Assembly: GCA_012295275.1 (NCBI GenBank)
Contig: CM022665.1
Coordinates: 26,350,001 to 26,414,000, forward strand
DNA: 64,000 nucleotides
Source: Chrysomallon squamiferum
Lineage: Eukaryota > Animalia > Mollusca
Direction: 5' to 3'
The position numbers and the translations under genes were made by a program. The notes below the pieces were generated by a model. That model saw only the letters and a program-made list of their open reading frames with translations, did no database searches and was not told the origin of the DNA. Shown here one piece after another: positions 28,501 to 41,340 of this stretch; positions within the stretch are counted from its first letter, which is position 1; the number at the start of each line of letters is the position of its first letter.

Positions 28501-28843
28501 AGATACAGACATTTTTCACAAAACTTTTATGCCGCTGAGTTCAGCTCTTTCGTGTGATACATCAGTAACCAGTTTCCGAAGTTTAGCTACAGGCAACTTA
28601 GAATACAATGGGACAAGTTTAATCCTGCATAGACGAGGCTATGACTGTGGTTTTCCCAATAAGGGAATTCAGTGTTCAGCTTCAGAAAATTCTATTTCAT
28701 TAGGATCTTTGCTCAAAGATTTCCCACCTCGTGCTATAAGGGAAACAACTCTGACTCACTTATATGAAAAGGGTACAGTAAAATTAGATTCCCCTTTAAA
28801 CATTTCTCCAATGGAACTGGCAACCTATCATATTCAGTGGTAA
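25577..28843 (+). CDS. Golgi alpha-mannosidase II-like protein (GH38), type II membrane protein, 1088 aa, CDS in a single exon
   Basis: Uninterrupted ORF with an N-terminal TM helix (LVILCSSAFLMLTVMYFYM). GH38 motifs: HSHQDPGW (Zn), WSIDPFG (nucleophile), IQRVH, LGDDFR (acid/base), YWSGYFTTRP, HHDAITGT, SGAYLF, DDNRGLG. An upstream acceptor ttgcag| at 25514 implies a 5' UTR intron. Alternative start ATG at 25601. Confidence 0.96.
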   Translation: MVKLTTTRMKFWQRLVILCSSAFLMLTVMYFYMNDQIRSHVSRARLVESHLWPLGAETISLENNAEMCHFKITANSHPNISTYDLYQTSTFNVNPDGSYEMPSPPPDYPNKSERDLEPLTVIIMPHSHQDPGWLKTVDEYYVDQTKHILTNMVNKLTEYPNMTFVMAETVFFSMWWNELEDAVKVHVRRLVRRGQLEIVLGGWVMPDEASTHYVSVIDQLVEGHQWMWENLGVKPENSWSIDPFGYSGTMPYLWKKAGMDNMVIQRVHQSIKGSLIAQQSLEFNWRQAWDSKGTTDIQCHVMPYMLYSIKFTCGPNKYICLMFDFRSIANEYSESRSKIITKQNIEKQAKYLYEQYRRKSYLYKYNTILVPLGDDFRYDYEVEWDQQYNNYATLMKYMNSRKDWKIKVKFGTLKEYFSLMGKSKSYKKIYEHDKGLPVLSGDFFPYSDQNSEYWSGYFTTRPFDKKFSRDLQQHIHAADILNTLAYAYFKKWEMHNQARFFKYSSFLQQARRSQGLFLHHDAITGTSKDYVVKDYEGRLARAYNATEHVMAMAIQALLSKGKVENPLIFKPETVRPNFNEQPVKQVLIVKESGTTVVFFNPLAQYRQEVVRVLSDTDHIIVKNDRNKVIPCQINPVWEDKTTVSGASYEIVFIVELSPFGIAPYILLKVISIDWNQVFPAKISMFNTAELIVPPEASFLQTRPKKQPLKPIELENDNYKLLFEPGTGSLIEVINKVTGNKTVINLEILAYKSQGSGAYLFYPAGEAKPDFYHGIPVIRVIEGPILSQIQVIFKPVLIHTVFVYNHPPQQAAGIFISNNLNMRAFREKEIIMRMRTSINNKDVSYFTDQNGFQLIRRKTNNNLRTEANYYPMTSMGILEDDSQRLTLHAGQSHGVAGLKSGWFEVMLDRQTIYDDNRGLGESIEDIKPVTSDFVLLLEDRKETDHQNHLLYALPSLLSLSVGDFLQTPIVTYYTQLDTDIFHKTFMPLSSALSCDTSVTSFRSLATGNLEYNGTSLILHRRGYDCGFPNKGIQCSASENSISLGSLLKDFPPRAIRETTLTHLYEKGTVKLDSPLNISPMELATYHIQW

Positions 28844-29099
28844 AAGATTAGTTAAATAATCAGATGTACAAAATTATTTTCTGGTAAGGTCTGTCATGGA
28901 AATTATCATATTTAGGGTGGTTGGTTTAGTGGAAATAATTAAAAAAAACTTTGTCATCTTTTAAAACTGATGATGGATTTTTTTTTTTTGCAGATTTTGA
29001 AAAGAATATTTAACAATAATAAGAGAAAGATAATAATGGAATAAACAAAATATGCATATAAAAATACATAAATATTTAAATAAATAAATAAATAAATAA

Positions 29100-29134
<35 letters not shown>

Positions 29135-32100
29135 ATTCTCCATAATGTAAAGAAAGATCTTATGTATATATACTGAAGTGAAATAAATAAAAGAAATTGT
29201 AACCAAAGCTTATATTAGTTATTCAAAAAAAATAAAAATTTAAAACATGAATTTAAAAACAACCTTCTACATTTTAGTGGATGGGTTTAGTACCAGTTTG
29301 TTATTGATTACATTTTTAAAAATGTAACAAAAACCTGTTTAATACACAAGATTAATTTATATAATAAACTGATGAAAAACTGCTTTTACACTAAAATTGA
29401 TGGGTTCCTCCTTCATATTAGTAACATGTACATAAACTGAAAAGTTCAGTAAACGGAGCATAATTTTAACAATAGAGCATGGTGAAGTTGGATACACATT
29501 TTTCACAAATATTAAACATTCCTATTATTTTCTTCTTTTTTTTTTTGAGTGGAGTGGTTTTCATTAATTTAGAATGAGATTCCAAATCATTTTGTGCAGT
29601 ATTTTTGTGTGTTACATCAAATTTCATCTTCACATTATCTGGGAATTCAAAGAAAATTTAATAATGATATTTTTGAAGTGAAGATTTCCTTTATTTTGTA
29701 ATTAATAAATTACAACAGTGGTTCTTAACCTTTTTAAATACTTGTATATATAAAAAATTTCACTATATTATTCCTTCAGAAAATAGTCTTTTAATCGTTC
29801 TTTAAATGAATTGCTATGCTTTGTATAAAAATGTTACTTAGAACTACAGTAATTTTGTCAGTTCACTGTCAAAAGGTATGGCAGAGATACTCCAGGTTAA
29901 CAGCTGCTGAGTTCAGATTTTGTTTTGATAATACACAGATATCATAATGAATCAAGAAAGTCATAAAAGCTGGAATACCTCATGTTGTCTGCAATTTTAA
30001 AAATGCAATAAATCTTGCTACATGTATGTCTGTAGGTGTGTGGGTGGGTGTACACACACACACATTCACACACACACACATTCACACACACACACACACA
30101 TGCATGACAATAACATCAGCTGGAGTGTATTCATTGCACTGTTCCTGGATTCATGTATTTACCAGTGATTACCTCTTGTCCATTTTCAACTATGCAGCCT
30201 TAGAGATGGTTTATAAAATAAATCGTAAGTAGTACAGTAATTCCATGAACAAAATGTGAACTTGAATAACACTATTTGGGTGAACGTTAATTTTGGTGTT
30301 TTTCTTCATGATTTTTTAATGTTACCAAAAACAAGATTTTTTTTTTACGTCTCAGAATGTGTGACCTTGGGTTTAAAAAAAAAAATAATAATAATTTTAA
30401 AAACATTAAAAAATATATATATAATCAAGTTTTATTATTATTATTTGCAATTATTTAAGTAATTATTACAGGTTGCTAGTGATTCAGAAATGATCATATC
30501 TGACTACAATATATTATTTGAGGTTTCTGCTTGTATTTAGTATGTGAACTGCTTTTCCACTTTTATTTAATTATGAGAAATATTTAATTTATATTCCTTC
30601 TTAAGAAGTAATGTCACATATTTCACAGATGATAATTTGTAGTTAAAAAACCAGCTTCAAGACAGAATTATAAATTTCACAAAACCAGAAAAATTAAGCT
30701 GTAAATAAATTGCTTTATAAAATGTGAATAAAATAAGTTTTTATTTTTCACATTATTTTATTGTTTAATATTCTGATAATTCTTTTATGATGTTTACCAT
30801 TAATAAATGTATGGATGGATGGATTATGTTTTGATGGCTAGACTAAAGAACATGCTAAGTTACTGTGAGCAATTTGGAATAATCTGAGACTTTTTGGAGA
30901 GCTTTTATGTTTTGATTTTTTAAAACTGATGTTTTGAAATGGTGTAGTGCCTCCAAAAACACTGACATCTAAAGTCATTTTTGTGTTAGGATATTAACGG
31001 AATTTGTTTTCTTCATTCTTTCATTTCCAGAATATTATAGCAGCATGTAAGATGGACCAGGAAAAAAAAAATTAGGATTAAAAAAGAAATCAAATCATTG
31101 TGAATCTTTATTTACAAATAAATGTAATTCAGTAGGCTGAATATAAAAATAAATAATTTTAAGAAAATGCTTATATATATATATATATATATTTTTTTTT
31201 TTTTAAATTATTATTATTATTTTGTGGATGGTTATGATTCTGTATGTTGCATTCCTTGTACCTGGTTTGGATCTCCTGAACACTAATTTGAAACTGTTTT
31301 GAAAAACTTATTTAATGGAATGTGATATGGAGATGGTTTGAAGAAATTCACTGTTCTCTTAAATATACATTGAGCAGAAAGACAGTGCTTAACAATGAGA
31401 AAAAAGAGCATGAAAGAAATGTGAGAGAGAAAGATGGATGAAAATAAGTGAGAAAATTAAACGACCTTTCTCAAAGTACATAATATTACAGCTAATCAGT
31501 GTTTACCAAATAAAGATCTGTATTGTTTGACAATTAAATCTTGTATTCAGTGAATTTACTTATTAAATAAAAACTGTGTTTAAAGTGTGTAATTCTTGTG
31601 GAGATATGCAAAATCACAAGATAACTGTAACAGTTTAATTACTGCCTTTTTCGTGTTTGAAATTCAAGCAAATAAATGTATGTATGACAAACATTAGTTT
31701 GTTTTTTGTTTTAAATGTTTCATAATGATTGGCATGGCAATGGTTTCTTGTGGTATAAATAATAAAACTATGAATTTTACACTACATTTAAATTACATAC
31801 AGTCAGTCTGTGTTTTTCACCAACTGCAGTTAAAAGAATAATTGTAAGAATATTTGCATTCTTATGGTGACATGCAGTATGCTAGAATACTGAAGTTTAT
31901 ATGATTTATGTGGGTTTTATAGTAAACTGTAGTTTTAAGATTACACCAGAATATTGTAGTCAGTATTGGTTCCATGGATTTTAGCAGTACTTAATAGTAC
32001 TTGTAGATGGATTTCAAGTTACCAGGGTAAAATTTTGCTATTTTATGTAAGTGTCCAGAGCATCAGCATATAAGGTGTCACTGCATTCAGATTGTAAAAC

Positions 32101-32926
32101 TCCACAAACAACAGCTAAAAGGTTTTTATTATAAACTTGCCCTGACTGAAGATCTCCACAAATAAAAACAGCATTTCAGTATTTTATAACAACAGAAAAA
32201 CCATCTCAGGAATTGATTATATAGCCTAGTGTGATTGAAATATTATGTTTGTTAACATTACTGCAACAGTTATTTATCATTCCCTAATGCATGCATTAAG
32301 GACTCAGTATTGTATTTAGTTGTTTGCTTTGTTCAGTTGTTAATAATCTTTTGTATAAGGCGTTGAGGAAATAAAACACTGAGTCAGGGAATGAAAACAG
32401 GATGTAATAAGAAATATGAAACTGGAGGTTTTAGAAACAGCTATTAGATTGGTTTTGTAAAATGATCTGCAACAGCAGCAGCAACATTATGATCAACTGG
32501 ATGTAAAGACAGTATGATCAAAAACTGTGGCAGTAGATAGGTAGATTCAGCCCAAAATTTTAAACTCTTGGCCCAATGTTTTTATTTGCCTTCAAGTTCA
32601 ATAACTAAATTCATGTAAACTTGTGTCCCAGAAAAGTTAAGCATTTGTTGACAAAAGTTTGCCATGTGAAGTAGAAAAATCTCATTTTCATCATTGCATA
32701 GTTTTTGTCTTGTATGGTTTCAATCTGGCACTGTCAGCTTGGAGACCAAGCCTTAGATTAGTGGCAGAATTATCAAGACAGCTTTTTAAACTGCTATGAT
32801 TAAGCTTTGATTGCTATTCATTGAACTGCAAACAGAGGTATAAAAGAAGATGGCGAATAAGATGATGAAAAATATACAAAATCACATTTTATCATTGAAT
32901 TATAATCTACTCACATTTTGCTACCA

Positions 32927-35900
32927 AGAGAGAGAAATTTATTGCTTTAAAAAAATATAATTTTGATGTACTGTTGTATAACCAGATTATTAAATGTTGT
33001 GTGCATTCTTCTGGTGATTGTGTGCTGAATGTGTGTATGTCTATACATGTACACACACACACAAATAAATTAACACACCATCCTGTGTTGATATTTTATT
33101 TATATATATATACTGCTGTGTATAACTGTTTATAATTTTATCTGTGCATCATACATGTCCTTCAGGTGATAAACTTTTATTTTTTCAACATCAGTTATTG
33201 AGATTTAATGTAGTCAAAGGCCATTTATGTGAATCATGGTTATTTTAATACTGAATATGGTATTTTCCTTGTTATTTGTCCTACATTATCATATTTGAGT
33301 TAGCTCACATATCTTGTGTGTTTTACTATGTTCACAGTCTGTAAGTATATTTTTTTACTGTTAAAGACAAAGGATATAATATATTATGGATTGTTAGGAA
33401 AGTATGTATGGTGTAAGGACATACATTAAGATATGATCTGTGTGATATTTTTATAACTTGAAAAAATGTGTTTGAGTTTATAAGTATATTTGTGCTTGTA
33501 TGTTGAGTGTTTGTCTACATATCTTCGTGTTTTGGGGTTGTTTGTGTTTGTATGTATATATGTCTATGTTTATATGTGTGTGTGTGTGTGTATATGTGTA
33601 TGTTTGTGTATATGAATTTGTAAATTTGTGTGTGTTGTGTATGTGTGTGTTTGTCTTTGTGTATGTATGCACCTTTGTGGTTTTGGTTTGTTAATATTTG
33701 TGTTTTTGGTGTGTGCAAATGTTTATGTGTGTGTGTGTGTATGGTAACTGAATAATGCTCTAATAATTATCAAGCAGAATTCTGTAAAACAGAATAATAA
33801 AATTTCTAAAATGAATTCTAATAAAATATGTTGTTTTCTTTAAATAAACCAGAATCCCTTTAAGACTGCACCATATTGTTTCACAGTATTGGCAGCTGTT
33901 TTTATACAAATGTAGCTACAGAATTACATTCAAATTAAATTCAGTTATTCAGTTTATGCTCAATCTGTGTAAAACTTTTTAAAATCCACAGAGTCTCAGA
34001 TTTTTTACTAGTATCAAGATCTGCTGACCTCTCTATATTTTATTGGTACAAAGATCAACCGATTTTTTGATTTTTACTAGTACTATATGAGCCACAGATT
34101 TTAGATTTTGTATTTACTAGGATTAAGATCTTTAATTTTTTAGACTACTACTGATGTCTATAGAACTCTTAGAGCCTTGATTTAAACTAGGACTGACAAA
34201 TCTCTGAATATTTTTGTAATTCCAAAGATGTTTAGAACTCATTATTATTTTCTTACTAGTACTAAAATCCACATATTTCTGAATATTTTATGGTTTGTTT
34301 ATTGTTGGGTGTTTTTTTTTGAAAGAAATATATCAGTGATCATGTGGAAGAAAGTACTCTGCTAGTGCCAAAGCCAGCTTCATCATTCTCTCTGAACTAA
34401 ACTTTATTTACACTCTGGCCATAATTCAGAGGTATCTGAAGGACTCTGTATAAATATAAATACTAAGTACATAATTGACAAGATGGCACATTCGTTATAG
34501 TAATGATGTACATCAGATAATTAAAGGTGTAAACATGTAATTGTATCTATAGATGTATACATGTATTTACAGATGAAGAGACTATATACACATAAAAATA
34601 TTATATTTCAGGCTTGGGACTTATGATTATTCTTAATTATCTTGCTGAAAAGAGCTAGCTTTTGAAGGACACCTGTTTTTATTTTTTATTATTATTTTTT
34701 TTTTCACAGTTAAGAGCCATTTTACTGACTACTTTGTCGGAAGTCTTTTCCTCTCCTGGTCACTGTGTGAATAAGAAATGTGGGTCTTGTAAGTAAGACT
34801 GCAGCCAGTCAGTGATTCAGAGTTCTCAGTTCCAGCTTACTGGTCAATCAAGCACTGATCCCTTCCGATTAGAACCTGATTAATTAATTACATGTCCAAT
34901 AATGATCATCCTGATTTGTTTAATGGGATTGGCCCTGCACTAAGCTGTTTACTTTAATATAAAACTGATAAAAGGATATTAATTTGTGGAAATGAGGCTT
35001 TATCAACAATTAGTCTGTCTTTTGTCCCTCGGTTTATGTATTGTGAATACCAGATAATTTGGACATAAACTGAAATTTATCATCTACTTGTCTGTTGGTT
35101 TTTTTTTTTAAATATTTTAAAAAGTGTTTAAGAACATATTTTATTATTTAAAAAAAGTTCTGTCCAAAAGACTGAATAGATATTAAACATACTTGCCATG
35201 TCAGATGTATTCAGTACTTTGCCTATCTGTATGTATGTGTGTATGTGTGTGTTTATACACTATATATGTAAGTGTGTGTATGTATGCATATATATGTATT
35301 GGTTAATAATATGTAAATATGTACATGTGTTTGCATTGTTTATGTATGATAATATGTAGAAATGAAAGTACCATAAAATATTATTTTCATTATTTTGTTA
35401 ATTTCTTATTTATTATGCAAAACACACGCACACACGTACACAAAAAGAAGTGTTTTGGTTTGTATAATTTTATTTAAAAAACATTTGAGGCAGGACAGTA
35501 TCAGGATCTGTTATCCAGGGTTTTTCCCATTCTGACAATTACTCCTTGACATGTTTGTTAAAGTTATAATGAAACTGTTTCCTTGATGCTAAGTGATGTA
35601 AGTAGCCCATGAACTGATGGCAGTGTCATACCTCTGTCATTTCTTTGATATAAAAACAATATCACTGGCACCTAATACTTTTTAGTAATAAAATATACTG
35701 GAATGAGCATTAAAAAGATATGCATAAATAAAAATATTTTAATAATTGTATTAAAATAATACATTTGACCTTGCACAGTCTGTTAACTCAGTTTGGTTAG
35801 TGTCATCATCATTTAAACCCACAACTCACAGACAGACTGTTAGCAGGTGTAATTAACTTTACTCAGTCATCTAGCTCTTCTTGAACTCAGTACCTGTAGC

Positions 35901-35972
35901 CTTGAAGCAAACATTGCCAGCTACCATGTTTAATGATATTACTTCAGGTAATTTTTTTTTTTTTTTTTTTTT
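32927..35972 (+). repeat. ~3.05-kb direct duplication, copy 2 (probable derived insertion), ending in T21
   Basis: Matches 3848-6912. Flanked by aagagag at 32926-32932 and 35973-35979. Confidence 0.97.
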
Positions 35973-36589
35973 AAGAGAGCAAGACAAACTATTACAGAAA
36001 TAAAATGTGGGTAGATGCATACATGTATGTACATTTGTAAAAAGGAAAGGGAGAGAGAGAGAGAGAGAGCACCTGCTGAGAAAGAGGATTAAAAACACAT
36101 AATTAAAAGATGTCTATAGGCATTAAAAATGATTCACATCACTGATTATTGAAAACCAAAATAAAATTCTGGTGACCCAATAATAAGAAATCATTTAAGG
36201 TCAAGATATATATTCTATTTCTCCAAATTAATTACTTGCCTAGAAATTTCATTCTGGAAAATAACTGTATAACCTTTTCATATATACATTAAAAAATAAA
36301 GACCTGTGTCAATGCCAGATCATTGCAATAAATACACCTTAACTTTAGAAATTCAAAAAGTCATCCAACACACACGCGCACACACACACACACAAACGCA
36401 ATATTTAGAGAGAATGAACATATCAGTTAATCCCAAAATAGATGAAGAAAGCAGGAACTAAGGAATAATTAAAAACACCTCAACATGTTATTTTTTTTTT
36501 GCACACACTCTTGTTTAAATTTTTAGACACAGTGTTATGGTTATTTGAATAATGATTGAAGTTGCTCCCAACACAGAAAGGCTACTTAC

Positions 36590-36675
36590 AATGATTAGCA
36601 GCAAGGCATCTTTTATATGCCCCTTCTCATAGATAAAAAAAAGAACCATACCATGGCCCCTGCTAAACCAATCTA
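36590..36675 (-). mobile_element. Decayed SINE-family body fragment, reverse orientation
   Basis: gattagcagcaaggcatcttttatatgc...cataccatggccc is the reverse complement of the family body. Confidence 0.5.
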
Positions 36676-37411
36676 AATGGTTTAACGAATAAGCCAAGGA
36701 CATTTGGGTGAAGAATTGCAATGTATCAACACTTACTCTACATTATGACTAACTGCACAGCTTTGTGACGCATATGTTATTCTTGTCATTCAGGTGTTCA
36801 TGGATAAATGAAAGATAAAATCACTCCAGCACCAAACTGCTTTTCCTACTGGGTGTCAAGTTGATGTATATACTGTGTGCAAAAATAACACATAGGGAAG
36901 CTCATGTTGAATCTTCTTTTTCAGTCCAGACTGTACACATATTTCTGTAATAACGAACATTGAGCTGAACCATTATTTCTATGAGGCAGTAAGCAATCCA
37001 CAGTGTATGATATCAATTTCCAATTAAACTATACAAACAACATAACCAGTGAAATATTATAATGGATCATCCATAACACTGTTGCCTAAAAAAAAAAAAA
37101 AAAAAATAATAATAATAATAATAATAATTATTATTATTATTATTTTTGATTTGGTAACATCAGGTAAAAATTGCTTTGCTTTGTTTAAAAATAACATTTA
37201 AATATGTTCTAGTAGTTTTATTGACTAAGTTCCACACTTTGGTTAGTTACAACAATACCCATTTAATTTGTTTACATAAAGTGAAACATAGTGATGCATT
37301 AGTTGAAAGCATCAGTTTTATTTATTTTTATATTATCTTTTGTATCAGCAAACACTGAATAGATTAAAAGGTTTAGTATTATATTTATCTCAATCATAAT
37401 AGTTAAAAATT

Positions 37412-38617
37412 ATGGCCAGTAAGGTAATGCCAGAGGCAGTTTCTACTGCTAAGATAAAAACAACTCACAAAACCATGGATAGCTTTACAAAACTGTGGTC
37501 AAATGTTTTTCTAAATACCTCTCTACATGGTTGCAGAAACATCTTGGATACAGAGAAGACCAGACCAATAAGGTATGGAAATCTAGTTTGAAATATACCA
37601 TAAGTATAGGTTTAAATCGAAATATTGTTTTTATTTCATTTTATCCTTTCTTTTCTTTCTTTTTTAATTAATAAACTATACATTTAATAATATTAAAAAA
37701 ACAACAACAACATTACCACTGAGTTTTATGTATTACACTTTTAAGTAAGTGTTCTATCCTAAATCATCAAATGTAAAACTAACATTCTAGAGAAATCTAA
37801 GTTTCTTTTCATTTCTGAGTCATAGGGGCGCCATTAGTTAATAATAGTTACAAAAAACTATCCATTCTTTGCAATTTCGTGTAAATAGTTTCTCATTTAG
37901 TGCCTATTTTAAGGGTTTGTTTTTATTTTACAGATTGTTGTGGATGGTGGCTACATTAACCATGTTATGTGGTGTTTTGTATTTCCTAACTCAATCGCTG
38001 TTAGACTATTATAAGTTTGAAACCATGACAGTGTATCGCAGTGAATCACGAGCCATTTTGCCATTTCCAAAAGTCACTGTGTGTAATATTGGTTCATATG
38101 ACATGGCAAATGGAATTGTTTCAGACACTTTACGAAATTACTTCCTAAGGCTTTCTGATTTTGGTTTTTTTTTGAATAATGACCAGAACCAAAGCAAAGA
38201 TAAACATAATTTTTTTTTGTATAATGACTCGAACCAAGACCAAGATGACCTGCTTAACACAAGTTTCATAGATTTTCACAATCAGTTTTCATATAGAAAA
38301 GATAAGTTTATAACATATGCAGATTTTAATAAGATGAATGTGACGTCGGCATTTGAAGCTGTAGAAACTGATGTAGGACGATGTTTTGAATTCAATGGAC
38401 AGAACAGTATCAAGGAACGAGGTAGATTCAAACCTCTAGGAGAAGGACGTTCTTATGGTCTGACTATGCACTTAAATATCAGACAGGATTCTCACTTTGT
38501 CTCAGGCGGAGTGGAGGCTGGCATTAAGGTTAGTTTTATTACCACTTTTTATTTCCATATAATGGATTCAGAATACCATTTTTAAATAGTCTTTATTATG
38601 GGAGAAACAAAACAAAT

Positions 38618-38658
<41 letters not shown>

Positions 38659-41264
38659 CACTCCTCAGTTAATAAACTACATGTTTAAAGACTGTGCAGA
38701 CTTCAGACCAACTCTCTTCGACCTGTTGTACTGTACACCATACAAGAACGTTGATAATGGAAATGATCCAGCCACTTCGCATCATGGGACACCTGGGACC
38801 GTTTGACAATGTTTTTCAGTTAAAATGTTCAGCAGTATATACCTGACTGACAATAACTAAATTTGAACAAAAATAAAACATGATGTTACACTTTCATTCC
38901 AGTCACAAACCATGAACTTTGCAACAACAAATGGCACCATAAGGGCAGAAATTCTGAAAGTGGTTCAATGTACATACATACACCACACATACACACACAC
39001 ACATACATACATGTATGCTAATTTCAGCCATTTGAGATGTATTTAGGTTTAACAAATCTCACTCTAGGGCATCTAAGACATAATTAATGTTAGTGTGTTA
39101 GCCTATTACTTATAGAGGTCAATGTTAGATTTTACATTTCTCCAGCTAGCATTGGGATGAAGGCTGTTTCTAGATGCCCAGTATTATGAACCTTAAAATG
39201 ATGACATAACCACTCACCACTTAATCTAAAAAGAACATATTGGAAAGCCCATGAAGTGACTCATGCTTTCCTAAAGTCTTTCTTAATGAATTAATAAAAA
39301 TCAATGTTTAAATGTTAAGAATGGTCCAGCATCCAGTTTTTGTATAATGATAGCAAACCTGTTAAATCCATTCCAGTCACCATTCTTACTAGCTAATGAT
39401 TTTTTGTATCCAACTTCTCTTAGATAGGAAGGATATAATATATATAGTTATACTGCACTGGCAGAAGGAGGAAATAGCCAAAGGATTTCTTTGAATTTTA
39501 ACAGTAACACACACACACATTTTATGTTCTATGCAAATAAAATATCATGGTTACAAAATATTTAATCAATTGATGCTTGTGAATTTAGATTGTAATTCAA
39601 GAACCTCATGAATTTCCGCGAGTTTATGAAGAATTCACATTCCTGGCACCAGGCACAGCCAGTTCGATTGCACTGAAACCAAAAAAAGTATGTTCATTTT
39701 ATAAAATTATTTAATTGTTCTTGAATTTCTGTATTTTACAATAATATAATAAGAAACAAACTAGGCTACACTATTGCAAATAATACAAATACTGATTATA
39801 TTTTTTTGCATCATGGTAGATTTGAATTTAAATTTAAATGCTAGCTGTTGATTGATTTCTTTAATTTCCACAATATTAAATATTTTTCTTTAGATATTTC
39901 TTCTGTATATATTTTCATCCAATTTTTTTTTTCCCCTCTGCAGTTTAAATTTCTTCCAGAACCCTACAAATCGTATGGCGGACGAAACTGCTTAGACATG
40001 CATGCCAACTACAGTTATTATGCGTGTCTGCGTAAGATTGTTTCCAATGTGACTGTACACCATTGCAACTGTCGTGCCCCTGTTGATACTGGTAATAACA
40101 ATTATAACAACAACAACAACAGCAATAAAAGAAAAGTGAATACAATCTCAATATATACTATTCCACTATTACTATAAAACTGAAACAACAACTACTACTA
40201 CCACTACTACGTCTGCTACTACTACTACTGATAATAATAACACAATAACAACAACAGCAATAACAGTAACAACAACAACAACAACTACTACTACTACTAC
40301 AACAAATACTTCCTGAAATACTAACACTGATTATAGCAGTGGTGATGGTGGTAGTAATAAATAAATAACAATCTAGATAAAACTCTTTACACTTGTTTTG
40401 TTCATTTGAAAGATGGCTATAGTTTAAACATTACAAAAAAAAAAAAAATATATAAATAATTTATTTATTTAATATATATATATTTTTTTTCTTTCAGATT
40501 TTACTTCATTTCCAGAATGCACGTTTTTACAAATCACTGAATGCTACATTATAAAGTCAAGTAAGAGCAGTTATATGAAAATCATTAAATATTATAGCAG
40601 GAAGAGAGAGAGAGAGGGGGAAAAAAAGAGACAAAAACAGAGATTGATCTACTCAAACAGCAGCAACTATTAATAATGTAATGTATTTGAAACACTATTC
40701 AGTATTATTAGTATGATTGTAAGTTATTCGGTTTTACATCATTTTATATTTTCAGGTATTACTTCTCATCAAGCATATACTGGTCAAGTGGGAAAAATTG
40801 AATGTCCTCGGCCTTGTCAGTTTGTCCATTATCAAATGGAGATGTCATCTGCATCATATCCATCCAACGCTGGTAAAGACTACCTCAAGGCGAAATTGAA
40901 TATCAGTCCTGAATATGTGAGGTACAAATAATCACACGTATTCATTTTCTTCCTTTGCTATTTCTGTTACTAAGTATTAGCGAGCAACTGCTTGATTCAC
41001 CAATGTTTAGGTAACAGCATTTAACACTGGATAGATCACACATTTTACAAGCTGAAATACAAAAACAAAACTGATACACATTAAGCAAATGCGAACATCT
41101 AAGAAAGCACCTATGGTCGCTGACTGAAATGAAGTCATGAAAAAACTCTTTTTGTCCTCGGAATGCTTATAATTTACTGTTGCGATATTATTCTAAGGTT
41201 TATTATACATCTGTATTTTTCACATGACTCTGTCACCTTCCTGTATAGTTTTTTAGAAAAAAAG

Positions 41265-41340
<76 letters not shown>

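Noticed and set aside
32340-32926. Non-repetitive block left of duplication copy 2 as a pseudogene or TE coding remnant
   Set aside because: No frame I tried gave a recognisable motif. A translated database search would be needed.
3848-35972. The 3-kb direct repeats as LTRs of a giant retroelement carrying the mannosidase
   Set aside because: No TG...CA ends, PBS/PPT or gag/pol remnants. Copy 1 is continuous with its flanking tandem array, and the TSD-like 7-mer surrounds copy 2 only.
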